DNA of 64,000 nucleotides from Phoronis australis (Eukaryota; Animalia; Phoronida), in assembly GCA_002633005.1 (NCBI GenBank), contig NMRA01000112.1, forward strand, positions 62,001 through 126,000, given 5' to 3'. Position numbers and translations under genes: made by a program. This document shows, piece after piece, positions 13,501-24,610 of this stretch (positions within the stretch are counted from its first letter, which is position 1; each line of letters opens with the position of its first letter). Under the pieces are notes generated by a model. That model ran no database searches. It worked only from the letters and a program-made list of their open reading frames with translations, and had not been told where the DNA came from.

Positions 13501-15097
13501 TGTATAATGCGGTTTAGATGATTCATTGAGCGCTAAATCGAAAGGATTCAAGCGACTAACAAGGCAATGCAGACAGCAACATTTCCCGCCCGAAGTCCTG
13601 TAGACGAGTGCTTCCGGACACGAATGTGTGGAAATTCAGAGAGGTACAATCTAATCGCAAAATGCTGACGACGCATTACGGTACTTCACAAGTGCATTTT
13701 TTGAAAGCCTGGTCGAAATCCATTTTAAAATGAGACGCTGTTAAGAAAAGATTATTCCTCTAAATGAGAGCGTGAAAATCAAAAACGGGACAAAATTCAG
13801 GAAAATACGGTCAAACCGTAGAATATCAATGATATGCTTTAGCATACTTCTTCAAAACTTGGTCGGAATGTAAGTGTTGCCCTCAAATCACAGTATTTCC
13901 TCATCGGTGACCTCGAAGTGTACGTGCCGTGAAAATCGAGAACGGACCAAAATTCAAGAAAAAAAATGCCGGCGGTATGCGTTACGAGACTTCATAAGCA
14001 TCCTTGATAAAAGTTTGGACGAAATCTCAAGAGAAACATTGAAGGCTGCATTCTCCCTACAAGGATGAGTAGAAATCATGAACGGGCCAAAACCAAGAAA
14101 CATACGGTAGAGGCCAGAATGGCGGTAATATGTGCCCTACGGCACTTCATAATCACATTTTTTGATAATTTTCTCAAAGCTTTGAAAATGTGGGACGAGT
14201 TGGACACAGAAGATGCATAAACTCGTCGGACGGAAAGACTCCTAGCTACTGTATAATAAGAACGGAAGACTCCACAAAGCCCAAATAAGAGCTATAAGCT
14301 CCATTTTAACCACATCCTTAAAAAACAAGAAGTGCTAACTTGTATTATACTCCAGTTTTTGTGACCACGGCACCAATTTGTTTGAAACGAGAAGCCTGTC
14401 CCACGAATGGGACGCTCGGCATAAATGGGTTAATACTCTCATTACCGAAATGAGCTCAATGTACCTTTAATCATTCTAAAAAAACTGCCATCCTCGTCGG
14501 CCATTATGACTTTTAATTGAGCGATACAAAATTTGAGGGTTGTGAACGGGTCAACAAAAGATTCCTCCAAACAACAGTAAGCAGAGATTCGATCTAGTTA
14601 AGAGCAGTTGCATTCTCGGCTTCGGCATTATGCGAGTACATGTATTATCGATAACAGCAGAAACACTAACTTCAAACATTTAGTATGCTTAATATAATTG
14701 AAATTAATAACTAATGCTTTATCATAGAGTGAACTGTCTAATTCGATTTTCATATTTGGACAGCTAAGTAAAGTGAAATCGGAAAGTAAACAGTGGTATA
14801 ACCGACAAATTACCATCAGCATTATTCTGAATTACATAAAATTTGAAAGCAATATCTCATAAACCGTATTTGACAGTGCAGTTTCTCAGCCAATCATAGC
14901 AAAGGATTGTCCGCTACCTACTTTTTGGCCGAAGATTTTAATAAGATATGACGAATATTTAGTATTATCGTGACACCAATTTGCACTACTTATCAAATGG
15001 ATTTGTAAACTTTTGAAGTTAACTTACCGTAACAGCGGAGGACAGAAGCTGTCAGAAGAATGAAACGTATCAACAATATAGAGCCATAGATAACCAT
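4507..15097 (-). CDS. Type I membrane protein, paralog A: signal peptide + PLAT/LH2-like + TSP1 + TM, 347 aa. Exons 15097-15028, 13370-13226, 12271-12178, 9183-9072, 6336-6136, 4928-4507
   Basis: All introns are GT-AG with consistent phases 1,2,0,1,1, and the 1044-nt spliced frame is open. SP MVIYGSILLIRFILLTASVLRCYG; PLAT-like GGYKVTIVT...LRLAGHKGHS / DYGVIHHVTVEN / LRIHNDVT...CLLD; TSP1 VNGKWAWSSWSSCSSSCAGGVRTR...CRDPPPRNNGTYCQG...CNEFLC; TM AAAGIGGVAILVIISVLTGIVLLD. Every exon has a counterpart in paralog B. Confidence 0.85.
6960..7250 (-). repeat. Dispersed repeat, inverted relative to a copy at about 22250-22540
   Basis: Shared blocks TAGCATATTTGAATAG, TTAATTCTGCTGG and GCAGCAGTTGGATTTTGAGGTAAGC; boundaries approximate. 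Confidence 0.65.
7351..7593. repeat. 18-bp minisatellite GTTGCGCAAACCGGTCG(A/T/G), 13.5 copies, in intron 4 of paralog A
   Basis: Direct count of units; they are nearly identical. Confidence 0.95.
9244..10038. mobile_element. 795-bp non-autonomous Kolobok-like DNA transposon
   Basis: Imperfect TIRs AGAGGCATGAACAGTGA / AGAGGCATGGACCGCGA; flanks TTTA and TTAA. Confidence 0.6.
10836..11187 (-). mobile_element. About 352-bp TTAA-flanked MITE, copy 1 (inverted relative to copies 2 and 3)
   Basis: TTAA|AAGGATAC ... GCATCCTT|TTAA; internal homology to 33301-33662 and 59049-59400. Confidence 0.85.
13620..14190. repeat. Degenerate tandem array of about 150-bp units, roughly 4 copies
   Basis: AAAATTCA(G/A)GAAA...TACG..ACTTCA(C/T)AA blocks recur near 13630, 13790, 13950 and 14090; boundaries approximate. 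Confidence 0.45.
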
Positions 15098-16098
15098 CTT
15101 GCCTTACTACGTGCATCAATATATGAAATATTCATCTCGCTAGCGAAACTGATAAAGAAACCGTTTCATCGGCAAGCTTAGGGAAACGTTTGCATCAACA
15201 GAGGCCGCATTGGGTATATTAATCCTGAGTTGATATTTTTCGTAGCGACTGGCAATTGAAATTGAATTAACCTAAGGTTACGAATAATCGAAGGATGAAT
15301 GAGTGACGTCAAAAACTGATATGTTATGTTACACTAATGGTCCCACGACACTTGCACTTTCATGAGCAAGGTACACGTTTAGGGTTTTAATGTGAGACCA
15401 ATAAAACGATCAGCGAATGTTTTTTATATGTCTGATATCGGAATGCGGGCATACCAGTTGAACAAATTTTGACATGACGTCGCTTTGTTTAAATAAATCG
15501 AGCAATTGGCGAATACATCCCAGGAATGCCAATTTTCCTATGTAAAGAAAAGTTTAGCAATTTTGTTACATGAGAGCGAAAAAACTTTCGGACTATATTG
15601 GATTTTGTTTCTGAGAATGACAAACACGCCTGATGCGGAGTCGTCTCATTAGGTTTGTTGTCCAGTTCTCGCCTTGTTCACAGTTCGTCACTACCCCTGA
15701 ATGAAAACAAAACGCTATCACCAGCACGAGTTCAGGATTTCAAGTAAAAAAAAAGGTCCTACATAACACATAACCTAGTTCCCGGGCCTCACCCGCTGAC
15801 GTCACAGATAGCTTGCAGTCTAGAGGGTCTGTGCAGGAGACTAGTCCTACACATAGCAATCAATAACCTGGTTTTCCTACCTCAGGATACGCGCTTGTGC
15901 AGCTCTGTTTCTTTAGAATCCCGCAACGCCTCGGCCAGTACTGTACCGATTTTTCGAAAGTTGGAAAACCAGGAAAATAACTCACTAAATGTTATAGTTT
16001 AGAGTTTTTTATTATAATGACTTCAATACTCTGACACTGCTGAGATTCTTAAAAAATTTTTCTCTTTGAAGAGCTTTGTGCTCCTTATAGTGAAAATG

Positions 16099-19000
16099 CT
16101 AGAGATCTTGAACATGGATATTTGATGTATTCAAAAATCCTTCATTCTGAACAACGTTCAAAACTCTGCCAGGACGTCGTTTGGATTTAGATTTGATTCC
16201 ACACAAATGGAAAACATTCCTCTTTAACAACAAGGCTTGGCTTATGATGTTCGACGAATCCAAGAATACCAGACCAGCAACCATTGCTACCACGGTAATA
16301 ATGGCGACGGAACCAATGCCAACAGCAGCAGTGGCCTCTGACGGCCGACGTTTGAACTTCCGTTTATATACAGGCTGGATCTGGTGTAAATGAGCCTTTG
16401 AATTCGAGTCTCTTGAATTCCTTGTTTTGGAACTTGCTATCAAAGCCAGGCAATCTTTCAATTCCATGCTTGTTGAATTTTCTGAAAATAGCAGAACTAT
16501 TTTAGACATTGTCGAGACAACTACCGATACGTAGAAACACATAAGGACACTGACTATCATAACAGGAATAAATAAATAAATATTCAACGCGTATGGGATA
16601 AATATACAAAAGTGTAAATAGACACTTGTTTCATACATCATGTATGTGCGTATTTATGTCCATGCGCCTATATATTAAATAGTGCGTATTTCAAAAACAT
16701 TTATGCACGTGTTTCACACGCACATGTAGGCGCATAATGTAAAGTTTTGTATTAGTAAAAGTAAAAGCGAAAAACATATCGGTCACACAAGTCACATTTT
16801 TTCTACAAAACAAATTTCAATCCACATAACCCGTACTCAAATATCAATTTTCCAAAATATGAACCTTTTGGACGAAATAGTCTAAACTAAATCTCGATGG
16901 CTAATTACTGGCAAGGAAACATAAAAAACACGTTGCAACTGTCAAACATCTTAATACCTAAAGGGCACGGAAATCGATTGCAGATGGTAGTATTTGTGTT
17001 GTTTCCTTGACAACTCAATCCTCCGTTTCTAGGGGGCGGATCCGAACAGTTTGCATAACGGAAGGTAACGCCTGCTAGCCCACATGATTTGGAACAAGTC
17101 GACCAATCGGACCAGTGCCACCCACCGTCAACTGAAAAGAATGGCAAAGCTGGAAATTAATGCAAAATAAAACTGTGTTCAAACAGGATCACTGCACTAT
17201 GCGGGATTATCCTTTAGCATGTATGTCATGTCATACAATTCCTCATGTTTTCGTCTAACGAGGAACACATTCCGGAAAGGTTCTTTTTCGATGGAATTGC
17301 TATGCCATGTTTGCGGGACTATTTTGATGATATCGTGTCATTCAAAGGCGTAATGTTTAGAAGGGCCGTGTCCTACAAAATAACACGGGTGTTCACAAGT
17401 AAGAAATATTATAAATGTTGAAGAACCGGGAAACATTATTTAATGGATCCAACGCACCTTGGAATGTAGATACCAGCGACAAAGATGACACATCAAGCCA
17501 GCAGTCATAATCCCCACTGCATGCGCGCACGTTCGACTGCTTGGTTACGTCGTTATAAACTTCCACCTATATAAGCAGTTTGGAAGTAAGTAAAGACAGA
17601 AAAAAGTTAATACTTCTAAGCATATGTGCCATGAGACACAGCTTGTTTCCATTGTACCTTGACCATTATTATAGAGACAAAAATACTTTCTTACTAAAAT
17701 CACACTAAAATCACACTCATGTCCAACATCACCACCAACACCACCACCATCGCCATCGTCATCATCATCATCATCATCAAGCATTATCGTCATCCTCAAC
17801 ACCATCATTACCACCATCATCATCATCATCATCATCATCAACAACAACAACATCATCATCATCATCGTCGTCGTCGACGTCATTTTAATTGTCTTCATTC
17901 TCATTTCTATATTTTGTTCGCCTTCGTAGCTATTGATTATTGAAATTACGACTCATTGACCGCGAAAGCGTGTCTTACAACATTCAGCTACTGGCCTTGA
18001 ATTGTTTACCACACGCACACCCGGTCACCCATGACTACATTGTTTACGATGGACATAAAAACAGCTTTTAGTTGTTAATCAAGGAAGCGAGAAAAAACAA
18101 TTCTTTTACTGGTTTTGCTTCTAAGCCCTCTTGTATCCCCATGGAAACGCTTTTAAGACGTACAGCTCTGTTTCATGTTCATTGAACAATGAAATGTCGT
18201 AGAGGGACTGTTAATGAGAAGAACAACATTTTACTCTTTACAGAAGGGCCTGTACATTTGAGTGTTACACTCCTATTATCAAGTGCATAACATAAACATA
18301 CAGAGTTCATCGAGGTCATTACATTGATTTTCAGATTCCGAAAACGAAATGATAGTAATTTTATTATGATATTACTTACTATTGTTATGAAAAAAAACTA
18401 AAACTAGATCCAAAAAATCTAATAACTTTTAGAAAATGTCAGCGTAATAAAACAATGATGACAATGTTATCCATGAAATCAGTAGTTGCAATCTACCCAA
18501 TAGTAAAAATCTTGGTAGTAATCTACAGCATGCATGACCGTGTGCGTGTAATACTTATGAGCGACCCTTCTTTTCACCTAAATGCATATATGCGAAACCA
18601 TGGAATTTCCGAAATTAAAAACTTATCAAAAGGGACTTAAAACATTCATTACATGGGATTGAATTGAAAGGGACAATTCTTGGAAGGCCTGGGCAGCCTC
18701 ATGATTTTCAGATGCGTTTAGCCTCGTAAGTACATGCGCACACCCAGCCTAAAGATGGGGGGCTCGAAATTTCGAGAATGTGGAACGTTTATTTAGAGTC
18801 ACGGGGTACGTTCAGAGCTATGAACTATACATTTGCCGAATTTTGGTTGTCCCTGCTTTTTTCGTGGACTTTTGTCTCGTTTACTACTTTTTCCAGTGTT
18901 TTTGTTTCTCAGAGGAGGACCCTTACGACTACTTCGTCAAATGGGCTNCCGAGTGCGCGCATGGAGTAGTGTGGGTGTTCTTCAAGACTACGTAAACACT

Positions 19001-20381
19001 TACGACAAAACCTCATCAATTTCGGACACAAACTGGCAAAGTCCATTTTTTCATAAAAGATAAGTAACTCAAAACAATGTTACATAATGTTTAAAGATGT
19101 GTAGCACAGTTACCATCAGACAATGGTTCTGAGAAATGCTGGGCATTCATAACAATTTAGAAGCCTATGAAAGATGATAAAAGGAACAAATTGGGCAGTT
19201 TTTCTCCGAAATAAGTGACAATTTATCATAATTATGTTCTATGGTTGTAAGGGAAAATTCAAGACTACTTTTGCGAAAGTGATTTTGTCTGTTTTTCGAA
19301 TAGCTACGTAAATTGAAATGCTATTTTAATTATTCGACTTTACACAAATTTGAGAAAGAACTAAAACTCCGCTTACACGATGCACTTTCCAAGCAGGTTC
19401 GAGGTCAGAATTATCACTCTCAATTGTGAACTGATGGATCACTCCGTAGTCTCTACTAACGTTCAGTAGTACCACGCTGGAATAGTACGCAAACTACATG
19501 TATAGGTAGCAACACTGACTTAATGTTAATTTTGGGTCATAGATCTTCACAATATCGATCATTAGTCAAGCGAAAAACTACACGCAGCCATTTATTTTCA
19601 CTCACGTGGATTGTCGCCGACTCCTCGCGCCTTACGACTAATCGCACCGGCATCATCGAGCAACAGTTTGACAAACGCAAATACGTAAAAAAATAAAATT
19701 TTTAAGCGTTCCTGTTTGAGTAATATATTTCGATCAATTCATCTCGTGTTCAACCTGATAAAGACAAAGAAAATGTGTTAAAAATGAAACAAAACACGTA
19801 GATATCTTTTAAACTCGATTACCTTCCTTTCGTAAAGCCGTCCACCCCGGGGTCCACCTTCAGTTTTTCACTACTTCCAAGATGCCCGTACAACTTGACG
19901 GAGACATTGGCTTTCGTATCAGCAAAATCCACACTAGACGTTTCTATGGTTATTAAATAACCTCCTGGAATTGACAAATTTCGAAACGGTTCGAAACCTA
20001 GAATTCTCGGAATTGAATGCGTATAGGCTTAAATTAAAATATCAGTGTGAGATTGCAAAAACTTGCGTTGCGAATAAATGTTAGGGATTTGAGTTTTTTC
20101 AGAAATTGTCTATGAAAATCGCATGTTAATCAGTTAAAAAGCTCTTTTTAGCAATGTCTGCTAATACAGGTATGCCAGTCACAGAAATTCATCCAGGTAT
20201 GTAAGGAAGTGGTCAGACCTTTATGCATAACAACCAGCACAATTGATTAACATTGAATTGTCACTGACTTTCTGGGTTCCTAACAATTCAACCACGGCAA
20301 GTACATGAAATTACCTTGTGTTTGATACGACAAGAACACCAAGACGATGACTGGAATAAGTCTTTGCAAGCTTTGCGTCAT
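16099..20381 (-). CDS. Type I membrane protein, paralog B: signal peptide + PLAT/LH2 + TSP1 + TM, 324 aa. Exons 20381-20315, 19964-19823, 19476-19377, 17566-17458, 17131-16958, 16481-16099
   Basis: GT-AG introns, phases 1,2,0,1,1, and a 975-nt open spliced frame. SP MTQSLQRLIPVIVLVFLSYQTQG; PLAT motifs YLITIETSSVDFADTKANVSVKLYGHLGSS...GFTKG / DYGVIHQFTIESDNSDLEPAWKVHR / VEVYNDVT...DCWLD; TSP1 VDGGWHWSDWSTCSKSCG...CSDPPPRNGGLSCQG...CNRFPCP; TM AAVGIGSVAIITVVAMVAGLVFLD. Confidence 0.87.
17716..17883. repeat. Compound (CAT/CAC/CAA/CGT)n trinucleotide microsatellite, intronic
   Basis: Read directly; lies in intron 3 of paralog B. Confidence 0.9.
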
Positions 20382-22666
20382 CTTTCACTCAAGGCTATGT
20401 TGTTTTCCTGTTCATCTTTTTGTTGGCAATGGAAGTATTATCTTACCTTCAACTCACGTGGGAGAGTCCATTAATAAAGGGATTCCATCACTCGCTACGT
20501 AGATGGCCTCTTCTGTCAAAAACAACACTTGAATTATGACATTTGCTGCTTTTAAAGTAGGTTTCTTCTTGTTTGCACAGATTAGAAACTACTTTTAGGA
20601 TCGAGAAGAACCGACGGCTAGTTATTGTTTCAGGCCAGGCTCGCGAAGTTGTCTTGTCACGGCGGGTTTCAGCCGTCTAGGCAGTATTGCTGTCTAAGGA
20701 ATTTCGGGGGATTTAATTGTAAACGATTTCAACTCAAACTAAGGACAAGAACCCGACAACGTTGCTTTGGAAGAACAAACAGCTCCTTTGAAGAAAGTTT
20801 TAATAACAAAACAAAGTTAATAGTGGTTTCATGTAGTTTTTTTGCAAACGAACTACAATGTTTTCAACATGCTTTCTATTAATAGTTAGGCACTCAAATC
20901 TATTTTAATTAATTCGGCATCGTTGGCTGTTGAAAGAGATTTCACCTTAGATATCAAAAACAACAAAACCCTTTCAATATATCCGCGACGTTATTCACTA
21001 ACCGTATAATGTGGAAATAAAACCAATTACAACAGAGTTTTTTCATCAACCTATACAAGACCTGAGAGATTCTTTTCCGTTTATGGGAAACTCAACATTT
21101 CGATTATAGAACCAAGAGGAAGATACGAATAGTTTGAATTTCACGAGTCAATTTTCACAGAACTGGTATTTGCAACTTAACGCCAGTAACTCATCACGCG
21201 GTTTGTTGTAAGTGATTCATTATATGTAAATATCATTATCTATCACTATAATGACTCGTTTCTGTCATTTAACATACTAGAACTATTGTTCCAGAAATCA
21301 TTTATAAATGTTAATGTTATTTGGCGTGAAGTAGTTAACCGATATACATTCATGCCATGCGATACGGTGTGGTATAAATGATATCACAAACAAGCAAATT
21401 CATTTAACGACTCCAAAACTTTGGAATCAATCACTGAAGCAGGGTTGGGTAGGACGTCCCTGTTCAAAGCATGTTCCGAGGACGATAGGACTGGAGTTTC
21501 CGGGCTCCAAATCTCATGGGAGGAGGGGGGCAGGTTCTTTCTAGTTGGACTTTTTCAAAATTGTGTCCTGTTGAATGACCCTAATTGCACCCCATTCTCC
21601 AGTTTAGCGCGCGCACCGGGTCTGTAAATCAGTTAGGAGGGCTTCGTGCTTTCGCTGCATGGAATGCCAGCTGAGAACCAAGTTGTTACTGGAATAGTAG
21701 CACGCGGGTACAAGTTGAGTTTGATTTAATTTCCTGGGGGCCTTTGTCATACTGTCAGCATTCATACCGTGTGAAGTACAATTATAGACTGAAACTTTAT
21801 CACTTCATAGCCCGCGCTTAATCAGAACTCACATCCTGAAAAAATACAAAAGAGAAAAACGCCGAAACACAGAAAATTGAAAATGATGGTACTGAAATCT
21901 GATGGCACGCATCCATGATACCTAGCCCATGGAGGTCTACCTACACTGCCGGACTGCACCCACGCCCGTCGGAGTGTCTGCTCAGTTTATTTACGTGTAC
22001 TCTACCAATTGATCTTCATTGAGTAACAATATTGCCAGTCAGAGAGGTGCTTGTTTCGGAGCATTATGACCTCCCTTGAAAAGAATTCTACATTCACACC
22101 CAAACTGGTCGAGATTGGACAACTTAACTGGTTTGCTTGCCTGGAAAATCTACTGAAGTTAGCCAAAAGGCACCATGCTGTTGTGGTTAATTAATCGTCT
22201 CAGACTGCTGATGTTATGGTTTTTCAGATAAGTAAACACATCACAAACACATTGTGGCGACAATATATTTTTTAGTTTTCGTTTTGAATGTTCGTAAATA
22301 GCATATTTGAATAGTTCGCGAAAAGTACACTCACTCTCGTGATTAGGTTTTCAATTCGGAAATTGGCCAAAACATGATTTTTACAACCTAAAATGTTTAC
22401 ACAATATATTCCTAATTAATTCTGCTGGGTGTACAATTGGGCCAACTACCAAACCACCAGGCAGCAGTTGGATTTTGAGGTAAGCAAAGTGCCATGCTCT
22501 ATTGAAGACTCATAGCGACATCAGACGCCTCGCCGTTTTGGTTTGCAACATACAAGTAATTTTGAGCCACAGGATGTTCTTGACTGACAAACGCAAACGG
22601 ATGAGCGACTCAAAACATATTTCAGTCACGTTAATCTGTGACAGTAATCTATATGATAAAGTTTAA

Positions 22667-22980
22667 AGGCGAAGGCAACCTTTTTTCATGTCACTTTTAG
22701 CAAAAATAAGGTTTATTGATTATCCCAGACATATTTTTCAATTATTTACTGCTTTTCGTAATTTAATTAGTTACTCGTCGTCTACTCCGGAAGTGACGTT
22801 TTGGGAGGCAAGAATTTCGCGCCAATTTCTTTTCATATAGTCTGACTGTGAGAGCAGTCGAGTCAGTCATTGCTTTACTTCGGTTGTAATAAGTTCGGTC
22901 ATCGTTTGCTTTTGCTTACGAGTCAATCAACATGCCACGCTGTTGCTGCGTACTGGGGTGTACTCATTATCGTCTCACGT
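22667..22980 (+). mobile_element. Left end of the Kolobok-like THAP element (copy 2), truncated after MPRCCCVLGCTHYRLT
   Basis: TTAA|AGGCGAAGGCAACC terminus; about 310 bp homologous to the copies at 2945 and 28067. Confidence 0.8.
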
Positions 22981-23549
22981 ACAGAGGAAGAACTGTCCCA
23001 CTTGCCCGAGTGTCCCGCAACACACTCCCACTGAAGGGTGATCTGAGCACCCAAACTGCTTACATCCCGCCGTGTGACTCCCTCGCCACACACCTGGCAC
23101 CTTCCAAATAGCTCCAATACAAGTCCACAATAAAGTTATCAAACTTAGGCTAACCGATCTGTTCATTGGATGACGAACTGTCCTCTTCACTGGGTGTCGA
23201 ACTGGGCCTGTATTCACTCCCACTACTCAACATCGCTGCAGGGCTACTTACAGGCTCTGGGCTAGAGACAACAGCACAGGGCGAATCTCTGCTAGTTCCC
23301 GGAATTGCACGCAATGGGGTACGTTCGGAGGCACGGGTGACAGTAGATCAAGTGCCTCCAGTCACTGTATATAGTTGCCACAGCTCGCGAGGCTTCTCGC
23401 TTCAAAAAGACACTTCTCGGGGTTGGCGACGGGGCACTGCCGGGAATCAGCAGCGACGGTATGGTACCATCTTCAGGCGTTGTTTCGCAGGGACCTTCAT
23501 CAATTCAGCGTACATATCTGTCATAATCTAACGGCAGAAAATGCTTGCC
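22981..23549 (-). pseudogene. Frameshifted transposase fragment: THAP C-terminal half, acidic linker and Cys/His-rich pre-DDE region
   Basis: With frameshifts the minus strand reads GKHFLPLDYD-DMYAELMKVPAKQRL-DGTIPSL (THAP His and AVPTIF-like box), then SEYRPSSTPSEEDSSSS, then NFIVD-LELFGRCQVCG...GAQITLQWECVAGHSGKWDSS. I recognise this pattern from THAP-DDE transposases of invertebrate Kolobok/Mutator-like elements. Confidence 0.7.
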
Positions 23550-24447
23550 TCACTAAAAAATTGGGGTGTGTTCAGAGCTGTGCACAGTGCATTCCTGAAT
23601 TACAGCTTTTTAGTGGACTCGTGTCTCGTTTTCTCAATTTTCTATGAGGTTGTGTGACCTTTTCATGCCCACTTCGGCATAGTGGGGGGAGGTGCTCGTT
23701 CGAGCCTCCCCTGGGTGCGCGCATGTACCTGGTTCTCAAAATTAAGAATCACCTATGTAACTATTGTGTTGCCTATTTTGACTGATTTGCTCAGGTTTGT
23801 CGGGAGGATCTAGGTTATTGAATGCGAAAGGACATTCCGATCCCACTACTAGTACCCTATCTGGAATACCCCCCAGCATAGGTCACAATGTACCCAAGTG
23901 AACTCTCACCAGTCAACATGTTAACTATTGTTACGCACAGTGAAGCTTTCAAAGTTCCTATCTAATTGCACCAAATAATTCAATGCAAATAAGGAAAATC
24001 TGTGTGATTTGACTTGGGATTGAGTATGTGCTATCGAATTTTTACCGGGTTGTGGAATACTAGAATGTCGCAAAAGTTTACATATTCAGACTTAAAATTT
24101 TCACATTCAATGCGAGTTCGACTGGTTTTATTGAAATCAGATATTTCAGTGTCATGGTGAAAGTGATAGTTAATCTGGGTACAACTTTACCTAGGAGTTG
24201 GGTTGAGTTGAATATGGACTGACTAGAATGATCTCCCCATGTCTGTAGGGGCATATTCTTTTCCCTCTAGAAATTTGCCCGGAACATCAATTTAATATTT
24301 TTGCAAATGTCAGCCAGTAAAGTGATTGGTAGGAGTACAAGATATAGTATTTTTATGTTTACTATTGTACATGAGATAATAATTTTATTTTTACTGTAAA
24401 CCTTTATGGTTACGTAAGACCGCTCGTGAAGACCATGCCAGTATCTT

Positions 24448-24610
24448 CAATGGTGGATTCAGAGGACAGCTAAGGGGCCATGGCCCCTGCCCCCTAAAAC
24501 GCTACAAGATCAATTGGCAGTTGGGGGGCAGGGGTGAATGTCTGATGGGCAAAACCCTACTCTGTCCTAACCCCCCAACTCAAAATCCTGGATCCGCCCG
24601 ACCGCCCCTG
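24448..24610. mobile_element. Short degenerate MITE of the CAGGGGCGGATCCAG type
   Basis: Ends CAATGGTGGATTCAG and CCTGGATCCGCCC...CCCTG, with internal G/C runs. Confidence 0.5.

Noticed and set aside
17545-17943. Poly-Met/Asp and poly-His ORFs
   Set aside because: They are products of a trinucleotide microsatellite in an intron.
21420-21836. Strong minus-strand acceptor followed by GC-richer, coding-looking sequence
   Set aside because: Stops occur in all three frames shortly after the acceptor and there is no recognisable domain.
18730-23728. 18-bp inverted match GTACATGCGC(A/G)CACCCAG about 5 kb apart, suggesting one large element
   Set aside because: It would enclose the first three exons of paralog B and cut across another element; more likely single ends of two separate short MITE copies.
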